This document shows, piece by piece, positions 38,152-47,374 of a DNA stretch of 64,000 nt. The stretch spans positions 800,001 through 864,000 of the forward strand of contig OZ244922.1 in assembly GCA_965221905.1 (NCBI GenBank), written 5' to 3'. The notes beneath the pieces were generated by a model, which saw only the letters and a program-made list of their open reading frames with translations, made no database searches and had not been told where the DNA came from. Source of the DNA: Chloroflexota bacterium (lineage in GTDB: Bacteria > Chloroflexota > UBA11872 > VXOZ01). Position 1 is the first letter of the stretch, and the number at the start of each line of letters is the position of its first letter. The position numbers were made by a program, and so were the translations under genes.

Positions 38152-39045
38152 TCACTCTCTTGCTATTTTAGGAAACTCTACCCACGAGGTCACGTCCAGG
38201 CCGCAGTTGGCGGCTTGACCGATGCGAACGTCGCCATAGGCGCTGATAAGCATGAATCCCTCGTGGTAGGGCACGTGCAATTCGCGAGACAGAAGAGCGG
38301 ACATGTCCGCCACGGATTCTCGGGTGGCGATCTCCAGAGTCTCGCCGTGCCCGTAGGTGATCCAGGATTCATCCGTCTCCCACCATACCTTTTCCCAGCC
38401 GGCATCTTTGACGACATCGATTTGCACCGTAACGTCGGAGGAGATTTCGATTGCGCCGCCGCTGGATTCCGCATCACCCATAGCGGCGTGTACGTCCCCC
38501 AGGCCGAACTGCGCGCCCGGCACCCACACCGGCAGGTGCACCACTGTGCCTTCCTTGATGCTGTTGCAGTCCATATTGCTCCCGTTGATGTCGGGGTCGG
38601 CGGTAAAGACCACGCGATCGGGCAGCGCGGTGCCTACCACGCCGACCATGGGACGCGCCGGCAGGCGAATGCCGTTATCCATGACGAGCGTATTGTCTTC
38701 CACGTCCACAATTATAATCGCCGGTGACTCTGCCGCATCGGCCAGAATGCCGGACCCCGGTGTAAAGCGCAGAATACCGGGGGCCACCAACGCGATGCGC
38801 TCGATGCGAACATTGAGCCCGTCTCCAGGCATGGCGCCCTTCACAGTGACCGGTCCGCAGGCGGGATTCGACTCATGAGTCTTGCGCACGGAAAGGTAGT
38901 AGTCGAGGTCTTCGCGGCGCTTGATCCGACCAGTCGATGAATCGTGGGTTTCAAGCGTGAGTCGGTCGCCGGACTCGATCTCAGCTATCGCCGGAACGTC
39001 TTTATCGAAGCTATACGTATAGTGCTCACGTGCGATCCGCAGCAT
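38152..39045 (-). CDS. Acetamidase/formamidase family protein
   Basis: 'NPACGPVTVKGAMPGD', 'PMVGVVG', 'GSNMD', 'GDVHAAMGDAE'. Confidence 0.9.
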   Translation of the reverse strand: MLRIAREHYTYSFDKDVPAIAEIESGDRLTLETHDSSTGRIKRREDLDYYLSVRKTHESNPACGPVTVKGAMPGDGLNVRIERIALVAPGILRFTPGSGILADAAESPAIIIVDVEDNTLVMDNGIRLPARPMVGVVGTALPDRVVFTADPDINGSNMDCNSIKEGTVVHLPVWVPGAQFGLGDVHAAMGDAESSGGAIEISSDVTVQIDVVKDAGWEKVWWETDESWITYGHGETLEIATRESVADMSALLSRELHVPYHEGFMLISAYGDVRIGQAANCGLDVTSWVEFPKIARE

Positions 39046-39489
39046 CCGTTCGCCTTTCACTGCCGAGAGTGGCGTCCCAAGCGTTCTTGGTACAGCCAAA
39101 GTGCATTCTTCAATGGGGACAATAGCACAGACTCTTACGCTATGCCTACCGCTATGCATCGCTCTGCGCCGGGCAGGCACGGCGTTGGAGGCGTGTTTGT
39201 CGCTCTTTGTGCGGCATGTCTACCATTGGCGGCAAAGTAGCGGCTGCCTGCCGGTAGTCGGCCGTTGCAGCAGATTTAGATTGAGAAAGAGCAGCCACAG
39301 TGGCAAGTGAGCTTTGCCATGGTTTCGCACACGGGCGCCGTTATGCGGTCAACACGCGTGTCTTGCAGACTCCCGTCGCTGTGTGTCGCTTTTCCTCTTG
39401 CGCATGGGACTCAAAGCATCTCCTGGCTACGTCGCGTGGTATAATACAGGCAATAAGCTAACTGATTGACACTCAAAGAAGGACAATAT

Positions 39490-41211
39490 ATGTTGTCTCC
39501 GCGCTACCAATGGCAGGTAGCGTCCCGTGCTCCGGATTCCCTCCTAGAATCGCTCTCGGCGTACCATCCGCTTGTCGTGCAACTGCTCTTCAACCGTGGG
39601 TATACAACATCCGAGACAATTCGGGCCTTTCTTGACGGCGAGGACGCTCGGGAAAACGATCCGTTCCTCCTGAAAGGCATGGATGTCGCTGTTGACCGCA
39701 TACTGCGTGCAATTCGCACGGGCGAGTGCATCGGCATATTCGGGGACTATGACACGGATGGCATCACCGCCGCCGCGCTTCTCAGACAGGCATTGGAGCA
39801 GCTTGGCGGGCACGTTGTCGTCCGGTTACCACACCGGGTCGAGGACGGTTATGGCGTGTCGAACCGTGCCATTGAGGAATTTGCGGCGCAGGGCGTCACG
39901 CTGCTAATCACCGTGGACTGCGGCATCAGTGCGGTAGAGCCTGTGGCGCTGGCGGCAGAGCGGGGGATGGATGTGATCGTCACCGACCACCACCAGCCGC
40001 CAGCGCATTTGCCCCCTGCGCACGCCATTGTCAATCCCTGGCTCCCCGACTGCACATATCCTTTCAGGGATCTTTGTGGCGCCGGTCTGGCGTATAAACT
40101 CGCGTGCGCGCTCCTTACTTCCGTTGGTATCGTTGGCGATCAGGAAACCGCCGAACTGCGTGCGTTCGCGGCCCTGGCCACCGTCGCGGACGTGGTTCCC
40201 TTGCGCAGCGAAAATCGTGCCATTGTCGTTGGGGGCATTGCGGCGCTGCGGCGAACCGACCATGCCGGACTGCGCGCTCTCATGCAGGTGGCCGGCGTGG
40301 ACCAAGCGGCGGTTAGTAGCGGCAATATCGGCTTTGCGCTGGCTCCACGTCTCAACGCGGCGGGTCGGATGGCGCATCCTCGCCTTGCGTACGACCTCTT
40401 GACGACGCGGGATCATGCCCAGGCACAGGTTTTGGCCTCGCAGTTGCAGCAGCTCAATCAGGAGCGCCAGCGAGAAACCAAGCGCCTCATCACCGCTGCG
40501 CGACTACAGGTGGAGGCGGGACAGCAACACGAGGTGCTGCTCTGGGTCGAGGGCGAAGACTGGCCCGCCGGAATCATCGGTCTCGTGGCAGGGAGACTCG
40601 CCGAGGAATTCGGTAAGCCGACGCTTGCCGTCGCGGTAGGCGCGACAGAGGCAATAGGCTCCTGCCGCAGCATTCCGGGCTACGACATTGCCGCCGCGCT
40701 CGCCGCGCAGGGAGAACTGATGCAGCGCCATGGCGGGCATCCGCAAGCAGCGGGCTTTGCCGTGGCAACCGACCGGCGCGCCGCACTGCGGGCGGCGCTG
40801 CAAGCTAAAGCGCGTGCCCAGCTCGATCCGGCAGAGACCCGGCCGCGGCTTTCCATCGACTGTCAGGTGCCGGCCCAGAAGATGGACCTGGGGCTGCTTG
40901 AAGAGATTAATGTACTCGCCCCTTTTGGCGCGAGCAATCCGGAGCCGCGCTTTCTGAGCCGGGGCCTCACGTTGAGCGGCGCGCGCACCGTCGGCACCGA
41001 CCACCTGAAGGCCACGTTTGCCGTTGGCGGGGGCTCCGTCTCCGGCATTGGGTTCCACATGGCAGACCGTACCGCACACCTGCGGCAAGGACAGGCGGTC
41101 GATGTGGTATATTCGATGCAGGAGAACACCTGGGGCGGGTTTTCGCGCCTGGAGTTTCACCTGCAGGACATGCAGTTGGCCGACCATGACCGAATCGCAT
41201 ACAGCAAGTGA
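39490..41211 (+). CDS. recJ: Single-stranded-DNA-specific exonuclease RecJ
   Basis: 'GDYDTDG', 'TVDCG', 'TDHH', 'PRLNAAGR', 'GGHPQAAG', 'PFGASNPEP'. Extended -10 TGGTATAAT at 39437-39445. Confidence 0.96.
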   Translation: MLSPRYQWQVASRAPDSLLESLSAYHPLVVQLLFNRGYTTSETIRAFLDGEDARENDPFLLKGMDVAVDRILRAIRTGECIGIFGDYDTDGITAAALLRQALEQLGGHVVVRLPHRVEDGYGVSNRAIEEFAAQGVTLLITVDCGISAVEPVALAAERGMDVIVTDHHQPPAHLPPAHAIVNPWLPDCTYPFRDLCGAGLAYKLACALLTSVGIVGDQETAELRAFAALATVADVVPLRSENRAIVVGGIAALRRTDHAGLRALMQVAGVDQAAVSSGNIGFALAPRLNAAGRMAHPRLAYDLLTTRDHAQAQVLASQLQQLNQERQRETKRLITAARLQVEAGQQHEVLLWVEGEDWPAGIIGLVAGRLAEEFGKPTLAVAVGATEAIGSCRSIPGYDIAAALAAQGELMQRHGGHPQAAGFAVATDRRAALRAALQAKARAQLDPAETRPRLSIDCQVPAQKMDLGLLEEINVLAPFGASNPEPRFLSRGLTLSGARTVGTDHLKATFAVGGGSVSGIGFHMADRTAHLRQGQAVDVVYSMQENTWGGFSRLEFHLQDMQLADHDRIAYSK

Positions 41212-41230
41212 GGCCATGTAGGACTCTCTC

Positions 41231-43648
41231 ATGGCACTAGCACCTTACACAGCGTCACCCGAAGAGACTCAATCTAATACGATTGAGGGGTTGATCGCGG
41301 CTGTATCTGCGTATAGCAGCGAAAATCCTGACCTCCGGAAGAAGGACCTCAACCGCGTCAGGCAGGCCTACGCGTTTGCCGCGCGCGCCCACGAGGGGCA
41401 ATTCCGCAAGTCCGGCGAGCCATTCATCCAGCATCCTCTCTGCACCGCCCTCCTTCTCTCGGAAATCCGCATGGACACGAGCACCATCTGCGCCGGTCTG
41501 CTCCATGACTGCGTGGAAGATACCGACGCTACCCTGGACGACATTCGCACGCAGTTTGGCGTCGACGTGGCGTTGCTCGTGGATGGCGTTACAAAGCTCA
41601 CCCAGCTCGACTTCCTGAATCTGGAAGATACCCAGGCCGAAAACCTACGCAAGATGTTCTTGGCCATGGCGCGGGACATTCGGGTTGTGATCGTAAAGCT
41701 CGCGGACCGTTTGCACAATATGCGCACGCTCGCGTACGTCGAGCCGGAGCGCCAGCGCCGCAAGGCCCAGGAGACTCTCGATATCTACGCCCCCTTGGCA
41801 AATCAGTTGGGGATGGGGCACTGGAAATGGCAGTTGGAAGATGCAGCATTTGCCGTGCTGCATCCAGACGTCTACAAGCAGATCGAATCTGTCTTGGCAG
41901 AGAGTTCCTTGACGCAAGACGAAGTCCTGCAAGATGCGGTGCAAACCCTGACGCGAGAGCTTGAGGAGGCCGGAATTCAGGGGGAGGTGAGCGGCAGGCC
42001 GAAGCACATTACGAGTACGTGGTTCAAGATGCAGCGCAAGAGTGTCGGCATCCAAGAGATTTACGATCTCATCGGCGTGCGCGTGGTTGTGAGCACGGTG
42101 CAGCAGTGCTACGGGGCACTTGGGCTTGTGCATACGTTGTGGAAACCGATTCCAGGCCAGTTCGACGACTATATCTCGGTTCCCAAATCCAATAACTACC
42201 GCTCGTTGCACACTGCCGTGATCGGGCCGCGCGGCCAGCCGGTCGAAGTGCAACTCCGAACCCAACACATGCACCAGGAAGCGGAGCTAGGCGTTGCCGC
42301 CCATTGGCGCTACAAGGAAGGGGAACGAGGCGCGAACGTCGATGAACGCTTGGCATGGCTGCGCCAGTTGATAACCTGGCAAGAAGAGCTTTCGAGTGCG
42401 CGCGAGTTCGTGGAGACGGTGAAAGCGGATATCTTCGAAGACCAGGTCTTCGTGTTTACACCTCGCGGAGACGTGAAGGACCTGCCGGCCGGCTCTACGC
42501 CCATTGACTTTGCATATCGCATTCATACTGACGTGGGACACCGTTGCCTTAGCGCTAAGGTCAACGGCCAAATAAAACCGCTCTATACGGAGCTTCAGAA
42601 TGGCGACGTGGTTGACATCCAGGTGAGCAAGGCGCCGAAAGGCCCCAGCCGCGACTGGATCAATATCGTCAAGAGCAGCCATACGCGCGAGAGGATTCGC
42701 CAGTGGTTCAAGAAGCAAGAGCGGGCCGAAAACGTCACGCGCGGGAGAGAGATGCTGGACAAGGAAATTCGACGGTTGGGTCAGGGTGATCTGAGCAGCG
42801 TCGATGAGGCCCGCGTCCGGACGCTGTGCAAGTCGTTCACGTTCAACTCCGCGGATGACCTCTTTGCGGCCATCGGATACGGCGCAATTTCCACGCAACA
42901 AGTGGTGATGAACTTGAGCCGATCGGGTGAGCAGCCTGCACAGACTGCATTCGAGCCGGAGACGTTGCCTGCGGAACCGCGTACCGACAAGACTACGGGC
43001 ACGGTACAGGTTATGGGTGAGGGCAACATGCTCACGCGCCTGGCGACCTGTTGCAAGCCGTTACCCGGCGATCACATCGTCGGCTACATTACGCGCGGAC
43101 GCGGCGTTACCGTTCACCGCCGTGACTGCCGCAACGTGCATAGCGCGAAGGACAAAGAGCGCTTGGTGCCGGTGGATTGGGGAGATCAGGTTATTAGTCA
43201 TGAGACCCGCAATTTGCCGCTCCAACTGGCACAGTGCTGTGGCCCTCAAACGAGTGACAAGATCAAAGGCTACGTTGTGGATGGCAGCGTGGAGGTGCAC
43301 CGCAGCGACTGCCGCCGCGTTCGCCAAAATGGGCCGCCAGGAATGCAGGTCAGAGTTTCCTGGTCGCGCACGAGCAAGCAACAGTCGCTCTACCCGGTAG
43401 CCCTGCGCGCCGAGTGTGTAGACAGACCGGGGCTCCTCCGCGACATTAGCGCGGTCGTGACGGAAGAGAAACTCAACATCAGTGCCGCGAACGTCAATAC
43501 GGACGGCGGCGCGGCGACGATCACGTTTACGGTTGAAGTTACCGGAGTGGGGAGACTGGCCGGCCTCATGGCCAAAATCGAGCGCGTCGGCGGCGTGGTC
43601 GGCGTGCAGCGTGATGTGCGTACCGATCGTCCTCAGCAAGGAAACTGA
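41231..43648 (+). CDS. relA: Bifunctional (p)ppGpp synthetase/hydrolase Rel (long RSH) with duplicated zinc-finger domain
   Basis: Intact HD hydrolase motifs (RKSGEPF..HP, LHDCVED), synthetase 'GRPKH', 'YRSLHT', 'EVQLRT', TGS 'DFAYRIHT', two CC...HxxxC modules, ACT 'DRPGLLRDI'. Confidence 0.95.
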   Translation: MALAPYTASPEETQSNTIEGLIAAVSAYSSENPDLRKKDLNRVRQAYAFAARAHEGQFRKSGEPFIQHPLCTALLLSEIRMDTSTICAGLLHDCVEDTDATLDDIRTQFGVDVALLVDGVTKLTQLDFLNLEDTQAENLRKMFLAMARDIRVVIVKLADRLHNMRTLAYVEPERQRRKAQETLDIYAPLANQLGMGHWKWQLEDAAFAVLHPDVYKQIESVLAESSLTQDEVLQDAVQTLTRELEEAGIQGEVSGRPKHITSTWFKMQRKSVGIQEIYDLIGVRVVVSTVQQCYGALGLVHTLWKPIPGQFDDYISVPKSNNYRSLHTAVIGPRGQPVEVQLRTQHMHQEAELGVAAHWRYKEGERGANVDERLAWLRQLITWQEELSSAREFVETVKADIFEDQVFVFTPRGDVKDLPAGSTPIDFAYRIHTDVGHRCLSAKVNGQIKPLYTELQNGDVVDIQVSKAPKGPSRDWINIVKSSHTRERIRQWFKKQERAENVTRGREMLDKEIRRLGQGDLSSVDEARVRTLCKSFTFNSADDLFAAIGYGAISTQQVVMNLSRSGEQPAQTAFEPETLPAEPRTDKTTGTVQVMGEGNMLTRLATCCKPLPGDHIVGYITRGRGVTVHRRDCRNVHSAKDKERLVPVDWGDQVISHETRNLPLQLAQCCGPQTSDKIKGYVVDGSVEVHRSDCRRVRQNGPPGMQVRVSWSRTSKQQSLYPVALRAECVDRPGLLRDISAVVTEEKLNISAANVNTDGGAATITFTVEVTGVGRLAGLMAKIERVGGVVGVQRDVRTDRPQQGN

Positions 43649-43724
43649 CCGTCGCTGCGGCTGTGCTGCGGCCGGTACGGCGTAGCCGGACTTCCTTGCT
43701 GCATCGACTCTGGGGGGCCGTGGC

Positions 43725-44348
43725 TTAGTCTAGGTCCAGCGCATGGGGATTGAATCCGGCGATGTCGAACATAGAGAAGGCGTAGCCGCTGGTCTGGCCC
43801 GTGAATGACGAGGCGGTGAGTGGCGCGGCGGGGGTCTCCAGCGCCATTTGCGCGAAGTACTTGCTGACCGGCGCAAGTTCTGCCAGCGCTTCGAATTCGT
43901 GGAGCGCCAGGAATTCAGCCCGATCAACCTCCACCTCGTCACACTGGGGGCCGCCGCCGAGGTCTTTGAGGGTGAAGACGATGTAGACGTTGCTATCGCG
44001 TTGAGTGAGACTGTTGCGTGCCGCCAGCACGCCTTGTACTTCCGTGCGGACGCTGGTTTCCTCAAAGAGTTCGCGCACCACTGCTTCCTCGAAGGGCTCG
44101 TCCTGCTCGACGTAGCCGCCCGGTATGGTCCAACGGCCCTTGCCGGGGTCTTGCCCGCGCCGAATAAACAACACTTTGTTATCGCGCACCACAATGCCGC
44201 CCACTCCGAGGGAGAAGGTGCTGAAGTGGATGAAGCCGCACGCCCGGCACGTCGCGCGTTGACGCCCACCGTCGGGCTGCAGCGACAGCGATTGGCCGCA
44301 GCGGGGGCAGTAACGGAAGTGGTTCGGTACTGTAGGTAGCTCTGCCAT
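43725..44348 (-). CDS. NUDIX hydrolase with N-terminal zinc ribbon
   Basis: CPRCG...CRACG and Nudix box 'GGYVEQDEPFEEAVVRELFEETS'. Confidence 0.92.
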   Translation of the reverse strand: MAELPTVPNHFRYCPRCGQSLSLQPDGGRQRATCRACGFIHFSTFSLGVGGIVVRDNKVLFIRRGQDPGKGRWTIPGGYVEQDEPFEEAVVRELFEETSVRTEVQGVLAARNSLTQRDSNVYIVFTLKDLGGGPQCDEVEVDRAEFLALHEFEALAELAPVSKYFAQMALETPAAPLTASSFTGQTSGYAFSMFDIAGFNPHALDLD

Positions 44349-44690
44349 GATCCACTTTCATGCGGTGCTGACGATATTACTCTCTCGATGATATGGTGCT
44401 CCACAAGCGCGGTCAATTGCAAGAAGACCGGTTTTGCATGGGACGGCAGTTGCAGAGAGATGCTTGATTGCCAACGGGAGTCTGAGGAACGGCGCATGCG
44501 TCAGATGGAAGATGTGGAAAGGAGCAGGCGTCCGCGTTGGTTTACAATGCCAGGTGAGGCCGGGCGGCCTGTCTTCGTGAAGTAGGGAGCGCTCGTGCGC
44601 GATGTCAACGCAGAGTCACTCGGCCGCGATGCGCGATAGCGTCGCAGGATGCAGTGGTGTGACTAGACATAAAACTACAGGAGCTAACGC

Positions 44691-45443
44691 ATGGGAGACC
44701 TTTGCTTCGGGGTAGGCGAGAAAATCGTATTCATCGGCGATAGCATTACCGACTGCGGCAGGCGCACGGAGCAGGATGGGCCGTATGGAAAGGGCTACGT
44801 CAGCCTTGTGCGGGCTTTGCTCCACGCGCGCTATCCGGCGCACGGGCTGACGATCGTCAACCGTGGGATCGGCGGCAATACCATACGCGATCTAGCGGCG
44901 CGTTGGCAAGAGGACGTGCTGAACGAAGCTCCGGATTGGCTCTCGGTGAAGATCGGCATCAACGACGTGGGGCGTCTCATCGCCGGCAATCTCGCAGACC
45001 ACGTGCGGCTCGACGAGTACGAAGCAACGTACCGGTCGCTTCTCCAACAGACTCCGGCAGTTGCCAACGGCAAGCTCATTCTCATGGAGCCGTATGTTAT
45101 TGCTCCGCCGGTGCTGGGCGATCCGGCAGCGAAATCAGGTATAAGCCTGGCGGAAGTGCAGCAGCAATTCGGCGCTCTGCGCGCCAGCGGCGCGCGGGAG
45201 GGCGCGCTCCTCACCGCTGGCTGGATGCACTTCCGGGCCTATATTGACTCCTATATTGAGGTAGTGCATCGTCTCGCCGCGGAATACGACGCGATTCTCG
45301 TCCGCACCCAAGCCGCCTTCGATGTAGCGATGGAGGCGCAGCCTCCCGCGGTCTGGGCAGCGGACCGCATCCATCCCGACTTGCCCGGCCATGCTGTGAT
45401 TGCCCGCGCACTTCTGGCGTCGGTAGGATACGGCGACATTTGA
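44691..45443 (+). CDS. SGNH/GDSL hydrolase (possible carbohydrate esterase)
   Basis: 'FIGDSIT', 'NRGIGG', 'IGIND', 'DRIHP'. Confidence 0.92.
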   Translation: MGDLCFGVGEKIVFIGDSITDCGRRTEQDGPYGKGYVSLVRALLHARYPAHGLTIVNRGIGGNTIRDLAARWQEDVLNEAPDWLSVKIGINDVGRLIAGNLADHVRLDEYEATYRSLLQQTPAVANGKLILMEPYVIAPPVLGDPAAKSGISLAEVQQQFGALRASGAREGALLTAGWMHFRAYIDSYIEVVHRLAAEYDAILVRTQAAFDVAMEAQPPAVWAADRIHPDLPGHAVIARALLASVGYGDI

Positions 45444-45582
45444 TGCGGCGATTCTGTACACTCCGGTTGGGAAAGGTATGGTTGAAAGAGAGAGTTGGGC
45501 GACGCCGGCGGGGCATCGCCTGAGTGATTGCCGGAGGCCAATGGAAAGAGTGTTCGATTCCGGGGAGTAAAGGGAGGGTCGT

Positions 45583-46587
45583 GTGAGCACAAAGCTACGG
45601 GTCGGCTTAGTGGGTGTTGGCGGCAATGGCGGCCGGTTCTTGGAAGCGTACGCCACCAACCCGCGCGTTGCGGTTGCAGCCATTTGCGACGTTCGCGACG
45701 ATCACCGCCAAGCCATGCAAGAACAGTACAGCGTGCCGCATGGTTACGCAGACGTTGCAATGCTGCTGCAAGACGATGCGGTAGACCTGGTCTCAATTCA
45801 TGCACCGGACGGTCTCCACGCGCGTTTCGCGCTGGCCGCGCTCGACGCCGGCAAGCACGTGTTCGTGGAGAAGCCCATGGCAACCAGCATCGAGGACTGT
45901 CTGCAGGTGGTTGAACGCGCGGATCGCGCCTCGACGCGGATGGCCGTCGGGCAAGTGCTGCGCACGCGGCCGTACTTCCGCATGGTCAAGGAGATGGTGG
46001 ACGCGGGAGAACTCGGCAGCATCTATGCAATGCGTACGCACTACCTCACGGATGTGATGCGGAGAGGTCCCGCATTCCTAGACAAAGCGAAAGAGAGCTA
46101 CTCGCCGCCGATGCTTACGATGGGCGTGCACCCGGTGGACCTGATGCGCTGGTACGGCGGCGACATTGTAGGGGTGCAGGCCATGGAAAACCGGGGCTTG
46201 GCGATGCGAGGCACCGGCAATCCACTCGACGAATCAGTGACGGCGGTGTACCGCTTTGCCTCCGGCGCAACCGGCAGCATTACCGTGTGTTGGGCGTCGA
46301 ACTACGTATTCGACTCCTTCTACGGTCTCGAAGTCCACGGCAGCGAGGCCAGCGTGGTCTGGGACAAAATACATGGCAAGGAGCCGCACAAGGCGGTGCC
46401 GCTGCCTGAGCCGCCGGAGACGGGCCGGGACGGATACGCCGCGGAGGTGGATTGTGTGGTCGATAGCCTTCTGGACGATACGCCGCTCTTTTGCGATGTC
46501 CACGAGGGGGCCCGCAGCGCCATCGCGTGCTTAATGGCCATTGAAGCCGCAAAGTCTGGCGAGACCCTGGAAGTGCCAAATCCGTAG
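45583..46587 (+). CDS. Gfo/Idh/MocA family oxidoreductase
   Basis: 'GLVGVGGNG', 'GKHVFVEKPM', 'GVHPVD'. Confidence 0.9.
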   Translation: MSTKLRVGLVGVGGNGGRFLEAYATNPRVAVAAICDVRDDHRQAMQEQYSVPHGYADVAMLLQDDAVDLVSIHAPDGLHARFALAALDAGKHVFVEKPMATSIEDCLQVVERADRASTRMAVGQVLRTRPYFRMVKEMVDAGELGSIYAMRTHYLTDVMRRGPAFLDKAKESYSPPMLTMGVHPVDLMRWYGGDIVGVQAMENRGLAMRGTGNPLDESVTAVYRFASGATGSITVCWASNYVFDSFYGLEVHGSEASVVWDKIHGKEPHKAVPLPEPPETGRDGYAAEVDCVVDSLLDDTPLFCDVHEGARSAIACLMAIEAAKSGETLEVPNP

Positions 46588-46698
46588 CGTCAAATCTCCG
46601 CGAGCATAGAGCAATGAGCAGCACAGCGGCAAGACTTGGTACAATTGACGTGAGCAGCGGGAACCGAACCCATCTCGCAAGTGAGTGGAGTGAGACCG

Positions 46699-47115
46699 AT
46701 GGCGATCATGGATACCCACGAAGCCTTTAAACTCTTGCAGAGCGCGGGACTTGACGAGGAGAAAGCCGAAGCGATAGTGCGCGTGGTGGGCGTGGGGCAA
46801 GACGCCCTGGCGACAAAGGTTGACCTGGAAGCGTTAGCGCAGACGACCAGAGCAGACCTGGAAGCGTTAGCGCAGACGACCAGAGCAGACCTGGAAGCGT
46901 TAGCGCAGACGACCAGAGCAGACCTGGAAGCGTTAGCGCAGACGACCAGAGCAGACCTGGAAGCGTTAGCGCAGACGACCAAAGCCGACCTGGAAGCGCT
47001 GGAGTTGCGTTTGCGGCATGACTTGACGCTACGCTTGGGAGCGATGGTGTTCGCGGCCGCGGGAGTGCAAGTGGCCATCGTCGGTTTCCTGCTCGCACAA
47101 TTTCTGCCCAATTAG
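46699..47115 (+). CDS. DUF1640/CCDC90-like coiled-coil protein with C-terminal TM anchor
   Basis: 'DTHEAFKLLQSAGLDEEKAEAIV...LATKVDL' head, (DLEALAQTTRA)n stalk, hydrophobic tail. Confidence 0.8.
   Translation: MAIMDTHEAFKLLQSAGLDEEKAEAIVRVVGVGQDALATKVDLEALAQTTRADLEALAQTTRADLEALAQTTRADLEALAQTTRADLEALAQTTKADLEALELRLRHDLTLRLGAMVFAAAGVQVAIVGFLLAQFLPN
46822..46998 (+). repeat. 33-bp coding tandem repeat (4 identical, 1 variant, 1 partial)
   Basis: GACCTGGAAGCGTTAGCGCAGACGACCAGAGCA at 46822, 46855, 46888, 46921; variant at 46954. Confidence 0.95.
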
Positions 47116-47297
47116 CTAGAGACAACGATTCGTTAGAAAAAACGAACATCACACGAATGAACTCGCCGGCAGGTAAGCGCAGGTCTGAAACCTGTGCTTA
47201 GGTGTTTGCCCCAGGGCTTGTACTAAGCGCTTCGGGCAAGTGGACCGGGCTGCGCTGCCAAACACGAACCAGTTTCTGACACCTGGTACAAAGGGAA

Positions 47298-47325
47298 AGA
47301 GCCCGGAAAGCGCTTTCCGGGCTCT
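47298..47325. terminator. Hairpin terminator between convergent genes
   Basis: Perfect palindrome AGAGCCCGGAAAGCGCTTTCCGGGCTCT, 50 bp downstream of the SBP stop. Confidence 0.7.
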
Positions 47326-47374
47326 CTCAATTGTCTACCAGTATCGTGTCAGACGATAGGTTAAACCCGTCAGC

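Noticed and set aside
46822-46998. CRISPR-like 33-bp repeats
   Set aside because: Head-to-tail with no spacers and in-frame within a CDS.
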